From: Pseudomonas aeruginosa
GTDB taxonomy: Bacteria > Pseudomonadota > Gammaproteobacteria > Pseudomonadales > Pseudomonadaceae
NCBI RefSeq assembly: GCF_001457615.1
Contig: NZ_LN831024.1
Coordinates: 900,001-932,000 of the forward strand
DNA length: 32,000 nucleotides
Direction: 5' to 3'
Below, piece by piece: positions 21,216 to 30,555 of the stretch. The notes beneath the pieces were generated by a model. The model did not search any database, had not been told where the DNA came from, and worked only from the letters and a program-made list of their open reading frames with translations. Both the position numbers and the translations under genes were made by a program. Within the stretch, counting starts at the first letter, position 1. Each line of letters begins with the position of its first letter.

Positions 21216-21962
21216 ATGGCGCCGCTAATGCATCGTTTTCATTCTTTCGTGGCGGCAAGCGCCGTGGCCATCGCCCTGTGCGTCGGAACGGCTCACGCCG
21301 GGCTGATCGCACAGGGCACTCGCGTCGTCTTTCCGGCCAGCGAGCGCGAGGTCACCTTGCGGGTCAGCAATACCTCCGGCACTCCCGTGCTGGCGCAAGC
21401 CTGGATCGACGATGGCCGGCAGGACGTTCCCCCCGAGGAACTGCAGGTTCCCTTCAGTGTCACGCCGGCCGTGACGCGAGTGGAGCCCAATGGCGGCGCC
21501 GTATTGCGCATCGCCTACCTGAAGGCCCCGTTGCCGACGGATCGCGAATCGCTGTTCTGGCTGAATATCCTGGAAGTTCCGCCCAGGGACGAAGACGAAA
21601 ACAATGCATTGCAGTTTTCCTTTCGTTCGCGCTTCAAACTCTTCTTTCGACCCAGCCAGTTGAAGAGTGTCGATTCGGCTGCCGGGAAACTTCAATGGAA
21701 GTTTCTGGAGTCAGGGGGAGCAGGAAAAAAGACCGTAGTACAGGTAAATAATCCGACGCCTTACTACGTTTCGTTCGCCAGCGTCGAATTGATTGTCGAT
21801 GGCCGTGTCATGTCCGTGGGAAAGGGAATGGTCGCGCCATTCTCGACGAAGGAGTTCGACTGGCAGGGAAATCCGAAGAATCTAGAAGCCGCTTCCGTCA
21901 GATACGAAGTCATCAACGATTACGGTGGCCGCAATACCCTCGATAGGGCACTCGGCAAATAA
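21216..21962 (+). CDS. cupB2: Periplasmic fimbrial chaperone CupB2
   Basis: GLIAQGTRVVFPASEREVTLRVSNTSGTPVLAQAWIDDG...DRESLFWLNILEVPP...LQFSFRSRFKLFFRP. Confidence 0.93.
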   Translation: MAPLMHRFHSFVAASAVAIALCVGTAHAGLIAQGTRVVFPASEREVTLRVSNTSGTPVLAQAWIDDGRQDVPPEELQVPFSVTPAVTRVEPNGGAVLRIAYLKAPLPTDRESLFWLNILEVPPRDEDENNALQFSFRSRFKLFFRPSQLKSVDSAAGKLQWKFLESGGAGKKTVVQVNNPTPYYVSFASVELIVDGRVMSVGKGMVAPFSTKEFDWQGNPKNLEAASVRYEVINDYGGRNTLDRALGK

Positions 21963-22106
21963 CCCCTCCGTTTCCCCGCTTTTTACTTACGGCCCGACAT
22001 ATGAGTGGCGATTTTAAAATCGCTGCAGGGATTACATATGCCCAAAGTTTCTCTTCATAGGTGCCTGTCCGCTCCCGCTTACGGTGGGCAGGTCGCCCTG
22101 TTGCGA

Positions 22107-24818
22107 ATGGCGATACAGGGAGGGATCGCCGTTCGTTCCCTGCGATTCGCCTGTCTGCTGGCACTGTTTCCTTCGCTGTCCTCCTGCCAGTCCTGGTCCT
22201 CCGTCGGCGCCGCCGGCGTAGCCGGGGCGAAAGCGAAGGAGGCCAGGGCGGGAGCACCGGCGAAACAGCCGCAGGCGCCCGCGGTGGCCGTTGCGTCACC
22301 GGCCGGCGGGTTGGACGCACCGTCGCGGCGGATCGTCTTCGACGCGCAGATGCTGGCCCTGGGGCCGGGCGGACGCTCGATCGATACGTCGCGTTTCGAG
22401 CGCGGCGACGTCATCGAGCCAGGCCGCTATCGCCTCGACCTGCTGCTCAACAGCCGATGGCGTGGCGTCGAGGAAGTCGAGCTGCGCCGCCAGCCGGGGC
22501 GGGAAAGCGCGGTCTTCTGCTACGACCGGGGCCTGCTGGAGCGGGCGGGCATCGACCTGGAGAAGAGCGCGCGTGGCCAGGACCGTTCCTCGGCTCGCGA
22601 TCCTCTGCCCGAAGGTTTGCACTGCGACCCTCTCGAGCGCTATGTGCCGGGGGCCCGGGTCAAGCTCGATATCGCCGAGCAGTCGGTCTATGTCTCGGTG
22701 CCCAGCTATTACCTGAGCCTGGATTCTTCGAAGACCTATGTCGATCCGGCGAGCTGGGACAGCGGCATTTCCGCCGCCTTGCTCAACTACAACAGCAATC
22801 TCCACGTCAGGGAAAACCACGGCAGGAGCGCCACCAGCGGCTATGCCGGGATGAACGCCGGCTTCAATTTCGGGCGGGCGCGCCTGCGCCACAACGGCAC
22901 GGCCACCTGGTCGCGCCGCATGGGCAGCCATTACCAGCGTAGCGCAACCTATGTGCAGACCGACCTGCCGGCCTGGCGTGCGCAGTTATTGCTGGGAGAA
23001 AACTCCACCAGCAGCGAGTTCTTCGATGCGGTGTCCTTCCGTGGAGTGCAGCTTTCCAGCGATGACCGGATGCTGCCGGATTCGCTGCGCTACTACGCTC
23101 CGGTGGTCCGTGGGACCGCCAGTACCAATGCGCGGGTATCGGTCTACCAGCGCGGCTACCTCATCTACGAAACCACGGTGGCACCCGGGGCGTTCGCTCT
23201 CGACGAACTGCAGACCGCCAGCTATGGCGGGGACCTGGAAGTGCGGGTGACCGAAGCCAGCGGGGAAGTCCGCAGTTTCATCGTGCCGTTCGCCACCACC
23301 GTGCAACTGCTGCGCCCCGGAACCACGCGCTACAGCCTGACGGCCGGGCGGCTCAACGATCCCAGCCTGGAGCGTCGGCCGAACATGCTGCAGGGCGTCT
23401 ACCAGCGCGGCCTGGGCAACGACGTCACCGCATACGCGGGCGGGGCCTTCACCGGCAGCTACATGTCCGGATTGATGGGCGCGGCGCTGAACACGCCGGT
23501 GGGCGGATTCTCCGGTGACGTGACGCTGGCGCGTACCGAGGTTCCCGGCGGCGACCGCCTTAGCGGCTCCAGTTACCGCCTCGCCTACAGCAAGAACCTG
23601 CCGAACACCGGCACCAACTTTTCGCTGCTCGCCTATCGCTACTCCACCGGCGGCTATCTCGGCCTGCGCGACGCGGCCTTCATGCAGGACCGGGTAGAGC
23701 GAGGCGAGCCGCTGGAGTCGTTCTCGCGCTTGCGCAATCGTCTCGACGCCAACATCAGCCAGCAACTGGGCAACGGCGGCAACCTTTACCTGAACGGCTC
23801 CTCGCAGCGCTACTGGAGCGGCGGCGGGCGGGCGGTCAACTTCTCCGTCGGCTACAGCAACCAGTGGCGCGACGTCAGTTACTCCATTTCCGCGCAACGC
23901 CTGCGCAGCCAGTACGAAGGCTTTTCCAGCGGTGACAGGCGCGGCGAGACCAGCACGCTGTTCAGCCTGAACCTGTCCATTCCGCTCGGCGGCGCTGGAC
24001 GCGGGTCGCCGACCCTGAGCAGCTACCTGACCCGCGACAGCAACAGCGGAACCCAGCTCACCAGCGGGGTTTCCGGCATGCTGGGCAAGCGTGGCGAGGC
24101 CTCCTACTCGCTGTCGGCCTCCCATGACCGCGACAGCCGGCAGACCTCGAAGAGCGCCAGCCTCGACTATCGACTGCCGCAGGTCGAACTCGGCTCCAGC
24201 CTCTCGCAGGGACCGGGCTATCGGCAGTTGTCGGTCAAGGCCGCGGGGGGCCTGGTCGCGCACAGCGGCGGGATCACCGCGGCACAAACCTTGGGCGAGA
24301 CGATCGGCCTGGTCCACGCGCCAAACGCCAGGGGCGCGGCTGCCGGCTACTCGGGAAGCCGGATCGACCGCCACGGCTATGCGGTGATTCCCAACCTGCT
24401 GCCCTACCAGTTGAACAGCGTCGACCTCGACCCCAACGGCATGGCCGACGAGATCGAACTGAGGTCCAGTTCGCGCAACGTGGCGCCCACCGCCGGAGCG
24501 GTGGTGCGCCTCGACTATCCGACGCGGGTGGCAAGGCCCTTGCTGGTGGATAGCCGGATGCCCAGCGGCGAGCCCCTGCCGTTCGCCGCGGAAGTGCTCG
24601 ATGCCCACAGCGGGCAGTCGGTGGGCGCCGTCGGCCAGGGCAGCCGCCTGGTGCTGCGGGTCGAGCAGGATCGCGGCTCGGTTCGGGTGCGCTGGGGCAA
24701 CGAGCCGCAGCAGCAGTGCCTGGTCGACTATGCGCTGGGCCCGCGCGAGACGACGCCTCCCGTCCTGCAACTGGCATGTCGCCCGGCGTCGGCCGCCGAC
24801 CGGGAGCGCACGCTGTGA
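22107..24818 (+). CDS. cupB3: Fimbrial outer-membrane usher CupB3 (start uncertain; an upstream ATG exists at 22005)
   Basis: FNFGRARLRHNGTATWSR, QLLLGENSTSSEFFDAVSFRGVQLSSDDRMLPDSLRYYAPVVRGTA, YSLTAGRLND; atypical N-terminal domain ahead of the usher core. Confidence 0.93.
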   Translation: MAIQGGIAVRSLRFACLLALFPSLSSCQSWSSVGAAGVAGAKAKEARAGAPAKQPQAPAVAVASPAGGLDAPSRRIVFDAQMLALGPGGRSIDTSRFERGDVIEPGRYRLDLLLNSRWRGVEEVELRRQPGRESAVFCYDRGLLERAGIDLEKSARGQDRSSARDPLPEGLHCDPLERYVPGARVKLDIAEQSVYVSVPSYYLSLDSSKTYVDPASWDSGISAALLNYNSNLHVRENHGRSATSGYAGMNAGFNFGRARLRHNGTATWSRRMGSHYQRSATYVQTDLPAWRAQLLLGENSTSSEFFDAVSFRGVQLSSDDRMLPDSLRYYAPVVRGTASTNARVSVYQRGYLIYETTVAPGAFALDELQTASYGGDLEVRVTEASGEVRSFIVPFATTVQLLRPGTTRYSLTAGRLNDPSLERRPNMLQGVYQRGLGNDVTAYAGGAFTGSYMSGLMGAALNTPVGGFSGDVTLARTEVPGGDRLSGSSYRLAYSKNLPNTGTNFSLLAYRYSTGGYLGLRDAAFMQDRVERGEPLESFSRLRNRLDANISQQLGNGGNLYLNGSSQRYWSGGGRAVNFSVGYSNQWRDVSYSISAQRLRSQYEGFSSGDRRGETSTLFSLNLSIPLGGAGRGSPTLSSYLTRDSNSGTQLTSGVSGMLGKRGEASYSLSASHDRDSRQTSKSASLDYRLPQVELGSSLSQGPGYRQLSVKAAGGLVAHSGGITAAQTLGETIGLVHAPNARGAAAGYSGSRIDRHGYAVIPNLLPYQLNSVDLDPNGMADEIELRSSSRNVAPTAGAVVRLDYPTRVARPLLVDSRMPSGEPLPFAAEVLDAHSGQSVGAVGQGSRLVLRVEQDRGSVRVRWGNEPQQQCLVDYALGPRETTPPVLQLACRPASAADRERTL

Positions 24819-25555
24819 CCGGCGTCGGCCTGGGACGATGCGGCACGGCCTGGGTCCTGCTGGTGGCGCTGGTGGCCGATGCCTCCGCCTCGCTGTCCGT
24901 GATCGGGACCCGTTTCATCTATCCGGCGGGCGTTTCCGCGCTGACGATTCGCGTCGGTAACGTCGGGACGCGCCCGGCCCTGGTCCAGGCCTGGCTCGAT
25001 CGCGGCGACGAGACGGCGGACCCGAGCGCTGTCACGGTGCCGTTCATCCTGTCGCCGCCGCTGTTGCGTATGGACCCGCAGGAGACCCAGGCGCTCCAGC
25101 TTCGCCATACCGGCGAGCCGCTGCCGGACGACCGGGAATCGCTGTTCTGGGTCAACCTGCTGGAGGTGCCGGGGCGGGAGGACGGCAGCGGCAACCTGCT
25201 GCTGGTGAGCTACCGCCTGCGGATGAAGCTCCTGTTCCGTCCGCAGGGTCTGGCCGGCGATCCGCGAGCCGCCGCGCGCCAGGTCGTCTGGCGCCTGCGT
25301 CCGGCGGTACGGCCGGGGCAGCGGGCGCTGCTGGAGGCGGACAACCGCAGTCCCTATCACGTTTCCCTGGTGCGCCTGGAGCTGGGCGAGGGCGACCTCG
25401 CCATGTCCCTCGGCAGCGTCACCCTGCCGCCTTTCGCCCTTACCCCGTTGAGTCTGCCGGCCGTGCCCGGCGAGGCGGCGCGGGTCCATTTCGATGCGGT
25501 GGGGGATGACGGCCAGATCGAGCGTGGCGACGCGCCGGCAGAGAGATACCCGTAG
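24815..25555 (+). CDS. cupB4: Second periplasmic fimbrial chaperone CupB4 (GTG start)
   Basis: IGTRFIYPAGVSALTIRVGNVGTRPALVQAWLD...DRESLFWVNLLEVP; GTGA overlap with the cupB3 stop. Confidence 0.92.
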   Translation: MTGVGLGRCGTAWVLLVALVADASASLSVIGTRFIYPAGVSALTIRVGNVGTRPALVQAWLDRGDETADPSAVTVPFILSPPLLRMDPQETQALQLRHTGEPLPDDRESLFWVNLLEVPGREDGSGNLLLVSYRLRMKLLFRPQGLAGDPRAAARQVVWRLRPAVRPGQRALLEADNRSPYHVSLVRLELGEGDLAMSLGSVTLPPFALTPLSLPAVPGEAARVHFDAVGDDGQIERGDAPAERYP

Positions 25556-25642
25556 GAGTTCGGCAGGGCCCGGGGAGTTGGGCTCCTGCCGTAGCACGGC
25601 CCTGCGAATAGGTCGCGGGGTTTCACTGGAGGAAGGAAGCAC

Positions 25643-28600
25643 ATGAACAAATGCTATGCACTGGTCTGGAACGTATCCCAGGGCTGCTGGAACGTCGTCA
25701 GCGAAGGCAGTCGCAGGCGCGGCAAGCCCGCCGGCGCCAAGGCGGCGATCGCCTCCGCCCTGGCCCTGCTGGGCGCCACGGCCCTGGCTCCGGCCTATGC
25801 GCTGCCAAGCGGGGGAACGGTGGTCGGCGGGAGCGCGAACGGGGAGATACACCTGTCGGGCGGCAACAGCCTGTCGGTCAACCAGAAGGTCGACAAGCTC
25901 ATCGCCAACTGGGATTCCTTCAGCGTTGCCGCCGGCGAGCGGGTGATCTTCAACCAGCCGAGCAGTAGCTCGATCGCCCTGAATCGGGTGATCGGCACCA
26001 AGGCCAGCGATATCCAGGGTCGGATCGATGCCAACGGCCAGGTCTTCCTGGTCAACCCCAACGGCGTGCTCTTCGGTCGCGGTGCCCAGGTCAATGTCGG
26101 CGGCCTGGTGGCTTCCACGCTGGACATCACGGATGCCGAGTTCAACGGCAACTCCTCCAGATACCGTTTCACGGGTCCCTCTACCAACGGTGTCCTCAAC
26201 CACGGGGGCGCCATCACCGCGGCAGAAGGCGGCAGCATCGCCCTGCTGGGCGCGCAGGTCGACAACCGCGGGACGGTCCTGGCGCAGATGGGCGGTGTCG
26301 GGCTCGGCGCGGGCAGCGACCTGACGCTGAATTTCGACGGCAACAAGCTGCTCGACATCCGCGTCGACGCCGGGGTCGCCAATGCGCTGGCAAGCAACGG
26401 CGGCCTGCTCAAGGCCGACGGTGGGCGAGTCCTGATGGCGGCCAGGACCGCCAATGCGCTGCTCAACACGGTGGTGAACTCCCAGGGTGCCATCGAGGCC
26501 CGTTCGCTGCGCGGCAAGAACGGGCGGATCGTGCTCGATGGCGGCCCGGACGGCAAGGTCATGGTGGGAGGCGCCTTGTCCGCCAATGCGCTGAACGGAC
26601 CGGGGCACGGCGGCACGGTCGAGGTCCGGGGGCAGGCGGTGGAGGTGGCCCTGGGCACCCAGGTGAACACGCTCGCCAGCAATGGCCTCAACGGCACCTG
26701 GAAGATTGCCGCCGACAAGATCGACGTGCGCCCATCGGCGGTGTCGGATGGCGTCACCGTTCATGCCGACACCCTGTCGCGGAACCTGGCGAGCACCAAT
26801 ATCGAACTGGTTTCGACCAAGGGCGACCTGGACCTCGACGGCTCGGTGAGCTGGGCATCGGGCAACCGGCTGGGGCTGGGCTCCGCGGCCGACCTGACGC
26901 TGAATGGCAGGCTGAATGCCAGTGGCGCCAAGGCTGGGCTGGAGCTGAAGGCCGAAGGCGCTATCGATATCAATGACAAGATCGTTCTCGGCGGGGCTGG
27001 CAGCGCGCTGGCCATGGATGCCGGCGAAGGCCACCGGGTGAACGGCACGGCGTCGGTCTCCCTGGCCGGGGCCAACGCGACCTACGTCTCCGGCGGCTAT
27101 TACTACACGGTGGTGCAGAACCTGGCGCAGTTGCAGGCGATCAACAAGAACCTGGACGGCCTGTACGTGCTCGGCGGCAATATCCTGGGCGGCAGCTATT
27201 ACTGCACGGCACTGCAGTCCATCGGCGGGCCCGCCGGCGTCTTCAGCGGCACCCTGGACGGTCTCGGCAACAGCATCGGCAATCTCTCGATCAGCAACAC
27301 CGGGCCGAATGTCGGGCTGTTCGCCCGCTCCTCGGGCACCCTGAGCAACCTGAAACTGAACAACCTGCGGGTATCCGATAACACCTACGGCTCCGGTCCG
27401 TCTTCGCTCGGCGCCCTGGTCGGGATCAACAGCGGGCGTATCGCCAACGTCAGCGCCAGCGGGGTCTCGGTCGTCGGCAGCCGACTGCGCTCCAACGCAC
27501 TGGGCGGCCTGGTCGGGCGCAATATCAACGGGCAGATCACGAACGCATCCGTCAGCGGCGGCGTCACCGCTTATGCGGCGAGCACGGCGGTCGGCGGTCT
27601 GGTGGGGGAGAACTTCACCACCGCCTGGGGGCCGGAGGCGGTCATCGAGAACGCCCACAGCAACGTCCATGTGGCTGCACAGTCCACCGAGCGCAACAGC
27701 CTGGGCGGCGTCGGCGGCCTGGTCGGACTGAATGCGAAGGCCACGATCAGGGCGTCCGGCAGCCAGGGGAAGGTCGAGACCTACCGGCCCGGCCTGAACG
27801 TCGGCGGCCTGGTCGGCTACAACATGTTCGGCCACGTCTCCGATAGTAGCGCCAGCGGCCAGGTGGAGGCCGGCGGCGCGGGGTATACCGGCGGGCTGGT
27901 CGGCCTGAGTTCCGGCGGCGAGATATTCCGCTCGCAGGCGAGCGGGTCGGTGTACAGCAAGGGCGGCCTGGCGACCGGAGGGTTGATCGGCAAGGCAGAA
28001 GGCAACGGCATGCTCGGAAACCTGAAAGCCAGCGGCAGCGTCATGGACCAGGGGGGCGCGGATCTGGGCGGGCTGGTCGGCAACAACAGCCAGGGTGCCA
28101 TCGAGACCGCCGAGGCGACGGGCAAGGTCAGCGGCGGCAGCAACAGTCGCGTCGGCGGGCTGATTGGACACAACCTCGGCGGTTCCGTCGCCCATGCGAT
28201 CTCGCGCGGCGACGTGAGCGGCGGCTTCAACAGCCTGGTGGGCGGGCTCGTCGGCCACAACGGCGGCGAACTGTTCAACGTGGATGCCAGCGGCAGGGTC
28301 AGCGCCGCTGCGAGTGCGTCGGTTGGCGGCCTGGTCGGCAGCAACGCCGGTTCGATCCTGTCGGCGCGCAGCAGCAGTACCGTCAGCGGCGGCGGGCGCA
28401 GCCGCATCGGCGGCCTGGTCGGCGAGAACCAGATCCAGGGACGCATCGTTTCGTCCATGTCGGAAGGCACCGTCAGTGGCGACTACTACGTCTCCATGGG
28501 CGGGCTGGCCGGCGTCAACCTGGGATCGATCAAGTACTCCGGCGTTAGCGGCAAGATCGACTTCAAGCCTCAGTCCCATTACGGCCAGATCTACGGTGCG

Positions 28601-28699
28601 CAGGTCGGCGAGAACCGTGGGGTCCTGGGCGGCAACTACGTGATCGGCGAGGCGGCGCTCCTGCCGCCTGCCGGTATCGACTACGGCAACATCTGGTAA
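25643..28699 (+). CDS. cupB5: TpsA-like adhesin CupB5 with extended signal peptide, filamentous-haemagglutinin N-terminal domain and GLUG-type repeats
   Basis: MNKCYALVWNVSQGCWNVVSEGSRR (ESPR), VNQKVDKLIANWDSFSVAAGERVIFNQPSSSSIALNRVIG...QVFLVNPNGVLFGRGAQVNVGGLVAST, repeated GGLVGxN units. Confidence 0.95.
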   Translation: MNKCYALVWNVSQGCWNVVSEGSRRRGKPAGAKAAIASALALLGATALAPAYALPSGGTVVGGSANGEIHLSGGNSLSVNQKVDKLIANWDSFSVAAGERVIFNQPSSSSIALNRVIGTKASDIQGRIDANGQVFLVNPNGVLFGRGAQVNVGGLVASTLDITDAEFNGNSSRYRFTGPSTNGVLNHGGAITAAEGGSIALLGAQVDNRGTVLAQMGGVGLGAGSDLTLNFDGNKLLDIRVDAGVANALASNGGLLKADGGRVLMAARTANALLNTVVNSQGAIEARSLRGKNGRIVLDGGPDGKVMVGGALSANALNGPGHGGTVEVRGQAVEVALGTQVNTLASNGLNGTWKIAADKIDVRPSAVSDGVTVHADTLSRNLASTNIELVSTKGDLDLDGSVSWASGNRLGLGSAADLTLNGRLNASGAKAGLELKAEGAIDINDKIVLGGAGSALAMDAGEGHRVNGTASVSLAGANATYVSGGYYYTVVQNLAQLQAINKNLDGLYVLGGNILGGSYYCTALQSIGGPAGVFSGTLDGLGNSIGNLSISNTGPNVGLFARSSGTLSNLKLNNLRVSDNTYGSGPSSLGALVGINSGRIANVSASGVSVVGSRLRSNALGGLVGRNINGQITNASVSGGVTAYAASTAVGGLVGENFTTAWGPEAVIENAHSNVHVAAQSTERNSLGGVGGLVGLNAKATIRASGSQGKVETYRPGLNVGGLVGYNMFGHVSDSSASGQVEAGGAGYTGGLVGLSSGGEIFRSQASGSVYSKGGLATGGLIGKAEGNGMLGNLKASGSVMDQGGADLGGLVGNNSQGAIETAEATGKVSGGSNSRVGGLIGHNLGGSVAHAISRGDVSGGFNSLVGGLVGHNGGELFNVDASGRVSAAASASVGGLVGSNAGSILSARSSSTVSGGGRSRIGGLVGENQIQGRIVSSMSEGTVSGDYYVSMGGLAGVNLGSIKYSGVSGKIDFKPQSHYGQIYGAQVGENRGVLGGNYVIGEAALLPPAGIDYGNIW
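27310..28530 (+). repeat. Degenerate GLUG-type repeat region inside cupB5 (approximate boundaries)
   Basis: Recurring GG(L)VG(R/E/L/Y/H/S)N units: ALGGLVGRN, AVGGLVGEN, GVGGLVGLN, NVGGLVGYN, YTGGLVGLS, DLGGLVGNN, RVGGLIGHN, LVGGLVGHN, SVGGLVGSN, RIGGLVGEN. Confidence 0.85.
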
Positions 28700-28765
28700 G
28701 GCCGGCAGGGGCCGCTTTCGCCTGGAGTGCGGCCCTCTTCCGCAGGCGCAATCTTGGAGAGTTCC

Positions 28766-29911
28766 ATGAGCATGAGGTTATTTCCTGGCCGCGTTTCCCT
28801 GCGCCGCCGGCCTGGCGCGCAGGCTCGGCAGGCGCTCGTTCTCGGTCTCTGCTGCCTGACCGGCGGCCAGGCCTGGGCCCTGAACGACATCGCCCTGAAC
28901 TGCTCGTTCGGCAATGGCCAGGGCATGCCCTGGCGTGTGGTGAACGAGCTGACCAGCGGCACGGCGAAAGGCACGGTGCTGTTCGCCAGGCCGGTGAGCC
29001 TGTTCCTGAGCTACAAGCCCCAGGCTTCCCAGGAGGCGCATGAGCTGGTCCTCGGGGGGAACTGGTCCGGGGTGGGCTATCCGGGGCCCTACGGCACGGT
29101 GGCGTCCGACGTCAAAGGCATCGGCTATCGGATCTCGGTGGATGCCCAGGACGGCGTCAAGCGGGTGATTCCGGTCGACAACCAGCCCCATACGCTGGAC
29201 AAGCGAGTCACGAGCTTTTCCGGAAGCACGACCAGCGACTACCTACAGGAACTGGTCCTGACGGTCGACCCCGGCGAGTTGCCTGCCGGCGACCTGAAGG
29301 TAACCAGCGTATCCGGCAGCGCCACCCTGAATCTCTGGGCGGTGGACAGGCTGAAGGGCGAAGCGTCCATCGGCAGCGTCCTGGCGGTGCCTGCGGACAA
29401 CTACCCCACCGGGGTTTGCCGAAAGCCCTATTCGCTGATCGGCCCGGCCTCCATCGCTATCGGCGGCGGTCCCCCGCCGCCGCCGATCCCGAAGAAATGC
29501 AAGGTCGAGGTGGGACGGGAAATCAACGTCAAACTGGGTAGCGTCGCGTTGAAGAATTTCCCGCGGGTCAACGACACCTCCACGGAGCGCTCCTTCGATA
29601 TCTCTCTCAGCGAGTGTGCGGCGCTGGCCAAGCCGGAAATCGCTTTCCGCGACAAGTATGTCTCGGCGCAGCAAGCGGACCCGACGATCCTCAGCTTGAA
29701 GAGCGGCGGCGCGGCGGGGTTCGGCATCGTCGTGAAGAACGGCCTGGACCAGCAGCGGATACGTTTCGACGGCACGCCCTACCCGATGCGGCGTGTCGGC
29801 GACAGCGCCGACCTCCCGCTGAGTGCCGCCTACATCCGTATCGGCGCGGAGGGCGAATTGAAGGCCGGGGTCGCCGACGGCGCCGCCGAGTTCACGTTTA
29901 CCTTCCCCTGA
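28766..29911 (+). CDS. cupB6: Fimbrial tip-adhesin-like subunit CupB6
   Basis: 381 aa two-domain protein; Pro-rich linker GGGPPPPPIPKK followed by a pilin-like domain CKVEVGREINVKLGSVALKNFPRVNDTSTERSFDISLSECAAL. Confidence 0.9.
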   Translation: MSMRLFPGRVSLRRRPGAQARQALVLGLCCLTGGQAWALNDIALNCSFGNGQGMPWRVVNELTSGTAKGTVLFARPVSLFLSYKPQASQEAHELVLGGNWSGVGYPGPYGTVASDVKGIGYRISVDAQDGVKRVIPVDNQPHTLDKRVTSFSGSTTSDYLQELVLTVDPGELPAGDLKVTSVSGSATLNLWAVDRLKGEASIGSVLAVPADNYPTGVCRKPYSLIGPASIAIGGGPPPPPIPKKCKVEVGREINVKLGSVALKNFPRVNDTSTERSFDISLSECAALAKPEIAFRDKYVSAQQADPTILSLKSGGAAGFGIVVKNGLDQQRIRFDGTPYPMRRVGDSADLPLSAAYIRIGAEGELKAGVADGAAEFTFTFP

Positions 29912-30159
29912 GCGGCGCCGCCGTTCTTTCCCCGGCGTTTCCCGCCCCGCCTCGGGAAGCGCCGTCGGCCGCTTTCGCGCCAGCCCTCGCGAAGGCTCGG
30001 CCCCTCACCTCCAGTGGTTGCAGATCGCCGAAGGCGCTCTGCATATCGCTCCGCTGCTCGTCCTGGGTCTCGTGCGCACATGCCATTCCCGCACGCGGAA
30101 TACCGATATTGCGTATGGGCGAAGGCTTTCTGAGGGATATGCAAGTTTCCTGGGTAGGA

Positions 30160-30405
30160 TTTCGCGCAAATAAACGAACGCTATTTTCCAGTCGATAGTT
30201 TCAGCTTGTCGCGGAACTCTTTTTTCAAACTTTTTTCTGCTCTGGCTTGTCCGTTTCGTATTTCATCGTTTTTCATAAATGTCTACGTAGACGTTTTTCG
30301 GGGGCTGTTTCAAGTGTCTTTGTTGTTAGTTTACGAGGCGAAAAAATAGTAGTTTTACTATATTAAATATCGTCGGTTTCACTAGAAAATACACATGTTC
30401 ACTTT
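30160..30405. promoter_or_regulatory. AT-rich regulatory region between cupB6 and the RcsB-like regulator
   Basis: Sharp local drop in GC content, multiple T-tracts, TATATTAAATATC, and a strong dyad at 30277-30296. Confidence 0.55.
30277..30296. promoter_or_regulatory. Near-perfect 20-bp dyad AAATGTCTACGTAGACGTTT (perfect 12-bp core GTCTACGTAGAC)
   Basis: Direct reading of inverted symmetry. Confidence 0.6.
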
Positions 30406-30555
30406 GAACCGGGGCAGTGGCGTCGGCGGATTCCGGACCGCGCTTTCCTCCTTGCCGGCCGAGCGGCGGCCGCCTGCCTGCGGCAGGCATGACCGAGACC
30501 ACAGGTTTCCTGGTAACGCTTTCGCCTGCCGTGTACCGCTTAAGGAGACGCAAGG

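Noticed and set aside
27310-28530. Possible CRISPR or DNA-level tandem repeat
   Set aside because: Repetition is at protein level (GLUG-like units) with irregular spacing and divergent codons, in one long intact ORF.
24728-28579. 1283-aa minus-strand ORF opposite cupB4/cupB5
   Set aside because: Antisense shadow of strongly supported fimbrial/adhesin genes with repetitive D/A/Q composition; no recognisable family.
30277-30300. Dyad followed by T-tract as a Rho-independent terminator of cupB6
   Set aside because: It is about 365 nt after the cupB6 stop, has essentially no loop, and its stem core is modest in GC; an operator is more plausible, though a terminator is not excluded.
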